Shown here one piece after another: positions 8,708-15,165 of a DNA stretch of 26,830 nucleotides. The translations under genes and the position numbers were made by a program. The notes under the pieces were generated by a model. The model was not told the DNA's origin, did no database searches, and worked only from the letters and a program-made list of their open reading frames with translations. The stretch lies in the NCBI GenBank assembly GCA_965552135.1, contig CBEVQY010000030.1, forward strand, positions 1-26,830, given 5' to 3'. The first letter of the stretch is position 1, and each line of letters starts with the position of its first letter. Source of the DNA: an uncultured bacterium (GTDB taxonomy: Bacteria; UBP14; UBA6098; B30-G16).

Positions 8708-9883
8708 TTAGGGCTTGCGGTAGCCTTCTTCGTTAAGCCAGCTTTCGAGCTCGAGGAGAGCGCGGTGCAGCTGAAGCTGGCTTTTCGCGGTCGTGTATAT
8801 ATCGAACTTGGCGGTGCGACCTCTGGAGCTGAAGACAAACTCAAGCACTCCCTCGCCCTTCTGACGGGCGTCGGGCGGCACCCTGAAGCAGGTTCGGGTG
8901 GAAAGATCAGGGTTATAATACTTGTCGGTTATCCGGCTTATGAAATCAAAGTTAGCCGCAAGCTTTTCGATGCACTGGAGCGCCTCCCCGAACTTGCTCA
9001 GGTTATGCTCGCCTAAGGAGATCCTTTTGGCGAGTGGCACATTGGAGGCGGGAAGCGACTTAACCTCGCGATAAATAAAGTCCCTGAAGGCTTCAACAAA
9101 AACCTGACCCACAGGCGACAGCATAGCGCAGTCGTCCTCTATGTCGAAAAGGGAGGGAACTATAGCATCGTCGGGAAGGTTTTGTGCATTTATAATAAGT
9201 TCGTTTTCAGCTTCAAGGAGAAGATCACAGTACTTCTCCCACACCTCGATATCGAAGGAGACCGGCATCGGCGGGAGCTCGATTATATGATTAAACTTTT
9301 CGAACATATAAAACACATCGACCTTCATTGCCTGCCCGATCAGGACGGCGAAGGCGATCTGCGCCTTATAACCACCGGTCGCGTTGATGCCAACGCTTAA
9401 TCCCTGACCCTTGAGCTTCCTTACCCATTCGGCCATCTTTTTGACCAGGTTTCGCAGCCCCTTGTTTTTGAAGACTTTTTCGTCGCTGTGGGAGAGCCCT
9501 TCGATCTTCTCGATCGCGCAGTCATCTCTCTTCAGCCCGAAGAGGGTCGAGTTGGAGAAGAAATGCACGAGGAGCTCACCCACCTTTTGTCCCTCCTCGG
9601 TGTCGGAGACGAGGAACACGACGCGCCTCAGCTTGTCGACGACTCCACGGGCGAAAAGCGAAGCGGTGGAGTTTATCTCGGCACCGAATTCCCGCCTCTC
9701 CTTCGAGGCAGATGGGTCCTCCCTCTCGAGCCGAAGCAGGGCGTGCTTGAGCTTTTCATACGAATCGACGACGATGCCGTGCACATCCTTCCTGCGCCAC
9801 TCATTGTTCGCGAAATCGTACCAGTGTCCGAGGACGGACGTGCCAACGGTGCACAAAAGCGCATCGATCTTACGAACAGCCAT
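8708..9883 (-). CDS. CARF protein of APE2256/Crn1/Cami1-like family: CARF + wHTH-like linker + C-terminal putative RelE/DUF2103-like effector domain
   Basis: LLCTVGTS, AEINS, FLVSDTEEG, INATGGYKAQ and YMFEKF..IIELPPMPVSFD match APE2256/SSO1393-type CARF. LSPVGQVF marks a wHTH end. The last ~105 aa form a separate domain whose fold is inferred by eye. Confidence 0.8.
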   Translation of the reverse strand: MAVRKIDALLCTVGTSVLGHWYDFANNEWRRKDVHGIVVDSYEKLKHALLRLEREDPSASKERREFGAEINSTASLFARGVVDKLRRVVFLVSDTEEGQKVGELLVHFFSNSTLFGLKRDDCAIEKIEGLSHSDEKVFKNKGLRNLVKKMAEWVRKLKGQGLSVGINATGGYKAQIAFAVLIGQAMKVDVFYMFEKFNHIIELPPMPVSFDIEVWEKYCDLLLEAENELIINAQNLPDDAIVPSLFDIEDDCAMLSPVGQVFVEAFRDFIYREVKSLPASNVPLAKRISLGEHNLSKFGEALQCIEKLAANFDFISRITDKYYNPDLSTRTCFRVPPDARQKGEGVLEFVFSSRGRTAKFDIYTTAKSQLQLHRALLELESWLNEEGYRKP

Positions 9884-9894
9884 AGCACACCTCC

Positions 9895-11238
9895 TCAGCG
9901 TTGATTATCGCTCCTCCAGGGCGAGCCGAAGGCGCGAAGGACGTCGTGGAAATTCTTGTTAAGGCTCTTGAAGTGCTTAACCAGGATTCCCTTAAGGAAG
10001 TTGAGCTGTTTTTCAGCCGTCTCCCGATCCACCGGGTTCAGGCCGTGGGCCAGGATGGATTGGTTCCTGTGCAGGACGAAGTGCTTGAAGCGCCCAAGCT
10101 CTCTCTGCGCGGCGTCGTAGAGCCCCAGGGCCACGAGAAGGCGCAGCTGATCCATAAACCCGATCTTCCGAAGGCGGTGAGGCTCGTCGCGCATGCTCCG
10201 GCATATCGCGTCGAAGCGCCTTTGAGCCTCTGCCGGGATCCTGTCCCAATCTACATCGGAGGGATCTATCCCTGCGCCCTTAAGCAGGCTCGTCCACAGG
10301 TGCTCGAAGCACCTATATATAACGAGGACGGCGACGTCGTATTGAGCGGCTTTATAGTGCGATAGTGCGAGGTTATATAGATTAGCGAGTATCCACTCGG
10401 TTTCTCCCTCGCAGACTTTCTCCAGCGCCCCGAGGTTTTCCTCCACCTGCTCGACATCGACACCGACCTCGGGCTCCATTATATGCTTGTCCCTGACGCA
10501 TTCCTCAAGGAGCTGCCGCGCCTCGTCGAACCGAAACTGGCTCCACATGTGATAAGCCTTTGCCAGCCGAGCCAAGGCTCTTATGGTTCCCAGTGGGAGG
10601 TCCTCAAGCCTACCCTCAAGGTCCTTAAGAGTCTCGAACGCCAGGTAGTATCTGCCAGCTTCTATATAATCCTTCGCGCGCAGGACCTCGAGGACACCGT
10701 ATATCTTCAGCGGGTTGTCCAAAAGCACGGGTTCCTGTTCGCACTCCTCCCGCGGACGACGTTTCAAAGGGTCGTAAGCGACGTAATCGGCGTAAGCCAT
10801 CTGAAGGTTACACATAGCGGCAGCTAGCGCAGCCGCTCCGGCCATACCCTTCGTCCCGCCAGTGATATCGACAAGGATTTCACGGGGGTCATATTGGGCG
10901 GCGAGCTCCTTGATATATCGATATATATCTGCGACCGCCGTCTTCGCGAAAATCTCCTTGTCGTACTTGCTGGCGGAAGTTATGCCCGTGGAATTTAATA
11001 TAACGTCTATTTGATGTTCACTTTCGCTCGTTACTATGAAAAACACCTTCTTCAGGTTATCTTCGCGCTGGAGGGCTCTGATAAATAATATAGGTGGCTC
11101 CGGCGAGTACCCCACGGTGGTGATAAGATACTTAAAGCGCTTGTGCAGTCCAAGCTTTTCTGAGGCTTCAAGGAAGCTTTTGAGATTTTTCTCTGAGATT
11201 TGAACGGTGTCTGCCAGTTTAGCTTCGTTACCTCCCAT
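9895..11238 (-). CDS. Csm6-like CARF-helical-HEPN ribonuclease (TIGR02710-like)
   Basis: ITTVGYSPEP, FIVTSES, VDITGGTKGM CARF motifs; YDPLKRRP and DNPL; helical middle with AYHMWSQFRF; C-terminal HEPN RNQSILAHG (Rx6H, 10045-10068). Confidence 0.88.
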   Translation of the reverse strand: MGGNEAKLADTVQISEKNLKSFLEASEKLGLHKRFKYLITTVGYSPEPPILFIRALQREDNLKKVFFIVTSESEHQIDVILNSTGITSASKYDKEIFAKTAVADIYRYIKELAAQYDPREILVDITGGTKGMAGAAALAAAMCNLQMAYADYVAYDPLKRRPREECEQEPVLLDNPLKIYGVLEVLRAKDYIEAGRYYLAFETLKDLEGRLEDLPLGTIRALARLAKAYHMWSQFRFDEARQLLEECVRDKHIMEPEVGVDVEQVEENLGALEKVCEGETEWILANLYNLALSHYKAAQYDVAVLVIYRCFEHLWTSLLKGAGIDPSDVDWDRIPAEAQRRFDAICRSMRDEPHRLRKIGFMDQLRLLVALGLYDAAQRELGRFKHFVLHRNQSILAHGLNPVDRETAEKQLNFLKGILVKHFKSLNKNFHDVLRAFGSPWRSDNQR

Positions 11239-11241
11239 CTC

Positions 11242-12924
11242 TCACCCTTCGCCCCTCGCTTCGGTCAGGATGTCCCACACCCTGTTAGCCACGTAGTTGC
11301 GCTGGGCAGCGCTGGAGGCATACGTTATTATTACTGCCTCAATCCCTCGCCTACCGTCGGATATAGTCACAGTAAAATAATGCCATTGACTGCTGCTTAC
11401 TTTTATATTATTTTCAAGTTTGCGCGGATCGGGGGGCTTTTTTATAAAATCGGCTCTTATCTCCTTAACCTGCGGCAGCTCGGCGATAGCTCTAAGCTTT
11501 TCCCTCACAAGCTGTTCGAGCTCTCCAAGCTGCTCCCAGTGCGTGACACCGGAGAGCTTTTTCCCTACCGGTCTTTCGTGACCCGGAAACTCCTCCTCGG
11601 GCTGGAGCTTTTCGAACTTCGGCTCTGTTGGCTGCGGAGCTCGAGCAACTTCTCCGCGCTTTGGAGCGCTCTCGGGCTCGCCCCCTCCGCTCCGAACGGG
11701 AGGCGCCGTCACAACAAAGACAGTCTCGCCCTCTTTAAGCTCTTCCAGAAGCTCCATCTTGACCCAGCCAAGGGGCTTATACCGATTGCCATCAATCGCC
11801 ATTTTCCGTGACGTTGGGAAGACGTTGATGTTTGTGCTCCTTCCCCTACGGCTTGGGAACGGAATGTTGTCGCGAACAAAAACGCCGAAGTTAAAAGAGG
11901 GGCAGTCACGGAGTATTATTCCGTCCGTCGCCCGATGCCACCCTTGGCACTGACCCAACGAAACGAAGGCAACCTCGTCCCCAGCGCCTTCGATTTCACG
12001 TAGTATCCTCTTAACCTCTCCTTTATAGCCCGAATCGATCGAGCTTGGCAGGTTTTTCAAGTCGTAGTCGAGGGCATCGCGGGCGAACTGGTTCAACGCG
12101 CGCCGTATGAAATCCCACCCAAGGTGCTTCGCCTCGTCGTTTATGTCGCCCTGCCGAATTATGCGAAGTATAGACCTTGCCATATCACCATCCGCCATCG
12201 ACATTATTATATCGACCGCCCGCTCGTGCCAAGCCTCCACTGCGAAGAGCGACTTCCCTTTATTCCCCCGCGAGACGAGTTCAACCTGAAACACCTTCAA
12301 CATCTCTTCGGGCTTAAACGGCTGGGAATCGGAGAAGGAAAGTAAACGAAGCAGATCTCGGTGGGGTTTGTCAAGGTTTTCGCGGCTATCTCTCCGCGTT
12401 GACGGATAAAAGACCAAGTCGTCGACGATATGGTTATGTCTACCTATTTTTTGCTTTCCGTCTCTTCTCTTTCTTCGGCTTTCTTCCATAGCCTCCCTAG
12501 CTTTCTGGCAAAGCCTGTCAACTTTCCCTTGTTCCCGGATTATCCCATACGCCAGCGCCGTGCGAACCGCACCCTTGATTGAGCTACCTGGAACATAGGT
12601 TCTGCCAAACGGATCCTTGATAAAAGTATGAATTTTTTGATGGATACTTCTATCGACCGGAAGTTCGTACCGTATATAGTGCTCCGCTTTTTTTATACTT
12701 TGCACAATCTGATCAAAGGTTTTTCGCTTGCCCGCCTTCTGAATCGCTCTAACAATGCGGTCTTGCTCCTGTGGAGATTCGTTAGCAAGGTACTTAATTA
12801 TATCCACAACCTTTAGGCGCCTTCCCCGAACAAAATATTCTATCGGATCGATTTCGTTACCGTCCCCAATTACAACGGGAGTTACGGGGGTTAAGCGCAA
12901 TCTGTAACGGATCATTTTCGCCAT
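11242..12924 (-). CDS. csm5: Type III-A Csm5 (RAMP) with ~170-aa C-terminal extension (Pro/Glu linker + extra domain)
   Basis: LTPVTPVVIGDG, YVPGSSIKGAVRTAL, DLLRLLSFSDS, PLGWVK (normal Csm5 end, ~11760). The reading frame continues to 11242. ATG 12924 follows GGGAGG; the ORF track start is 12930. Confidence 0.9.
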   Translation of the reverse strand: MAKMIRYRLRLTPVTPVVIGDGNEIDPIEYFVRGRRLKVVDIIKYLANESPQEQDRIVRAIQKAGKRKTFDQIVQSIKKAEHYIRYELPVDRSIHQKIHTFIKDPFGRTYVPGSSIKGAVRTALAYGIIREQGKVDRLCQKAREAMEESRRKRRDGKQKIGRHNHIVDDLVFYPSTRRDSRENLDKPHRDLLRLLSFSDSQPFKPEEMLKVFQVELVSRGNKGKSLFAVEAWHERAVDIIMSMADGDMARSILRIIRQGDINDEAKHLGWDFIRRALNQFARDALDYDLKNLPSSIDSGYKGEVKRILREIEGAGDEVAFVSLGQCQGWHRATDGIILRDCPSFNFGVFVRDNIPFPSRRGRSTNINVFPTSRKMAIDGNRYKPLGWVKMELLEELKEGETVFVVTAPPVRSGGGEPESAPKRGEVARAPQPTEPKFEKLQPEEEFPGHERPVGKKLSGVTHWEQLGELEQLVREKLRAIAELPQVKEIRADFIKKPPDPRKLENNIKVSSSQWHYFTVTISDGRRGIEAVIITYASSAAQRNYVANRVWDILTEARGEG

Positions 12925-12926
12925 CG

Positions 12927-13856
12927 TCAACCTCCCACAACAAACGGTCTACCCCAGAACTTGACGTCATAGCCAAGCCCTGTGACTTCTCCGCGTGCAA
13001 CCACAGGGCAATCACCTGAAAGCCTATTCGGCGGAAGCGTAAGAACCGAGCCCTCACCGACGGCAAGAACCGGACACTTTACCACGCCCGAAGCCCATAC
13101 GTAGCCTCGCCGGGTGACTATAGAGTAAAGCGCACCGTCATCGAAAGCCTCGCCGCGCTCAGGATTCGAAGGTACATAAAGCGAAAGGGTTATCGACTTG
13201 CCGCTGCCCGTGCGGTTTAAGACTCTATTTAGTTGCTCGGGGATTTCATCTGAAGCCTCGATGGCGAAGGCTCCCCTTCCCACAGATACATCACCGCCTA
13301 TCCCCCTGTCGCCAAGCAGTCTGAGCGAAGCCAAGATCTCATCCTCAAGCTCGCTTGGAACCTTAAGTAGGAAATAGAGTTCTACGCCCGGAGCGAAGAA
13401 TATCTCATCGAACACATAAAGTCCTTCCTCGGTGCGTCCGAGCAGGCGGTTGACGGTGTTCCGCGGAACGGGGCGCGACGGCAGACTGAAGTCCCTACGG
13501 TTCGCTCCAGATTCCTTCTCCACAAGGAGATCAAGCGACCCCTTCTCCACGCACTCGAGCCATAGGTCCGCGGGGAGCCACCTTTTCTTCCTCACCCTCT
13601 TTAAAGCGCGGTAGTCCTCAAGATTTTCCGGCTTGCGCGTGTACAAGAGCGCAGGGGTTGGCAAGAAGTATATATCGTTTTCCTTATCCCTCGGGAATAC
13701 GCTGGAGAGTCTGAGCTCTGTGTTTTCGAACCACCTTTCGACGTTATATCCCAAGAGGCTGCCCGCCGTCGCGATCGCCGCGAAGAGGGTGTCGGATTTG
13801 GGCAACGACTTAAGCAGTGTGGTTCCGGGGCGCGGCCTCAGGTAAACGATGAACAT
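12927..13856 (-). CDS. csm4: Type III-A Csm4 (Cas5-group RAMP)
   Basis: SDTLFAA, LSSVFP, YFLPTP, PRNTVNR, GIGGDVSVGRGAF, LSLYVP, RRGY, EGSV; position between csm3 and csm5. Confidence 0.93.
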   Translation of the reverse strand: MFIVYLRPRPGTTLLKSLPKSDTLFAAIATAGSLLGYNVERWFENTELRLSSVFPRDKENDIYFLPTPALLYTRKPENLEDYRALKRVRKKRWLPADLWLECVEKGSLDLLVEKESGANRRDFSLPSRPVPRNTVNRLLGRTEEGLYVFDEIFFAPGVELYFLLKVPSELEDEILASLRLLGDRGIGGDVSVGRGAFAIEASDEIPEQLNRVLNRTGSGKSITLSLYVPSNPERGEAFDDGALYSIVTRRGYVWASGVVKCPVLAVGEGSVLTLPPNRLSGDCPVVARGEVTGLGYDVKFWGRPFVVGG

Positions 13857-13880
13857 CGCGGTCCTCCCAGGCGCGTTCCG

Positions 13881-14735
13881 TTATCCTCCAAGTTGCTTCT
13901 GCACCTCTTCCATCAGTCTTCTTTTAACCTCTTCGAGTATCTCTTGCGTCTTCGGACTGCCGACGCCCATCCATTCGCCCTTTTCCTTCCTGCCTTCTTC
14001 GCCCTCCTCTATAAAACCTTTTTTATAATCATCCGCGGTTCTGATTATAGGTTTTTGTATTTTGATTTCGACCTGTCCGTATCCACGCGTCCCGCAGCCG
14101 CCGAGGTAAGTATCCTGGACGAGCCTCAGCGCCTGTATGACTTTATCGAAGTCTTCGACATCCTGCATGCCATTTTGCGACTTGTCTGTATCACCTAAAT
14201 AGAGAACGCTGTAAACGAGCTCTCCGTCAAACTCCGATCCCGGTGGGACGCGCTCCATCTGGCGTGGGTTAGCCTCGGCGGTAAGTCGGTTGAGGCAGTT
14301 TTCGTGCTTTATCTCGGCGCGATTCAAGCCCTCCGTTGTCATAAGATAATCGAGAAACTCCTTAGTTTCGTCCGTCGGAAAGGCATCGCGGACAATTAAA
14401 CGCGCAGGACCGCGTGTCCTCGCTTCAGACGCCTCGACATTCGAACTACCAAAGATGCGGCAGATCGAGCAATCCAGCCTCGCACAGCTATGAACCTCTC
14501 CTTTGGAATCTATCCCTCCTGTCGCCCACTCCAGCAAAGACCTCATCTTTCCCTTTAGGGACGAACCTGGGATGTAGGGATAGGCTCCCTTGTCGCGAGA
14601 ATCCTGGGAAAAGTACCTTATGATCGGGTTATCCATCCCGCCTATTTCATAGTGCTCCGACGACGTCCCTATATGCAATCCAGTGAGAACAGTGACACGC
14701 AAAGGAACAATGATGTTAGCGATCAATCTTGCCAT
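13881..14735 (-). CDS. csm3: Type III-A Csm3 backbone RNase (284 aa)
   Basis: TGLHIG, IGGMDNPIIR (catalytic Asp intact), PYIPGSSLKGKMRSLLE, HSC..DCSICRIFG Zn site, EIKHEN..NR, ANPRQMERVP, YLGGCGTRGYG. AGGAGGAGG before ATG 14735. Confidence 0.96.
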   Translation of the reverse strand: MARLIANIIVPLRVTVLTGLHIGTSSEHYEIGGMDNPIIRYFSQDSRDKGAYPYIPGSSLKGKMRSLLEWATGGIDSKGEVHSCARLDCSICRIFGSSNVEASEARTRGPARLIVRDAFPTDETKEFLDYLMTTEGLNRAEIKHENCLNRLTAEANPRQMERVPPGSEFDGELVYSVLYLGDTDKSQNGMQDVEDFDKVIQALRLVQDTYLGGCGTRGYGQVEIKIQKPIIRTADDYKKGFIEEGEEGRKEKGEWMGVGSPKTQEILEEVKRRLMEEVQKQLGG

Positions 14736-14748
14736 TTTAAGCCTCCTC

Positions 14749-15165
14749 CTATTTTCTAGGTGCATGGATGTAACTGTAGGCATAAAACGCTTCTAGAAAC
14801 TGCCTGATCTCACGCTTCCATACATTTGCATCAAGCTCGCCTCTTTGTAAAAGCCTAAGGTCTTGCTCCATTTTATTAACAATTTCAAGCAAAAGATTTA
14901 GAAAATTGTCTGTCAGGTTATCTCGTGCCCTAGCATAACGGAACCTTGCGCGCAGCATGTTCAACTGAACCGGCAAGTCCTCATCGGATGCCCGCAAGGC
15001 ATAAAGGAACTGCTCATAAATCTTACGCACCTGCGTTCGTCGCATATCCCTCATAAGCGGCTTGAAATTATCGTCATTGTCCATTGCCTTAAAAACACGC
15101 GGATCTTTATACCATGAACCAGAAGACTCCCTTATGGCCAGTATTACAGGATTTTTCCCGTTCAT
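14749..15165 (-). CDS. csm2: Type III-A small subunit Csm2 (138 aa)
   Basis: TQVRKIY, LRARFRYARAR and FLEAFYAY motifs; all-helical; ATGA overlap with the cas10 stop. Confidence 0.9.
   Translation of the reverse strand: MNGKNPVILAIRESSGSWYKDPRVFKAMDNDDNFKPLMRDMRRTQVRKIYEQFLYALRASDEDLPVQLNMLRARFRYARARDNLTDNFLNLLLEIVNKMEQDLRLLQRGELDANVWKREIRQFLEAFYAYSYIHAPRK

Noticed and set aside
11242..14735. One of the RAMP genes being a cryptic cas6
   Set aside because: Each has clear Csm3/Csm4/Csm5 signatures; none has the Cas6 C-terminal GhGxxxxxGhG loop in a Cas6 context.
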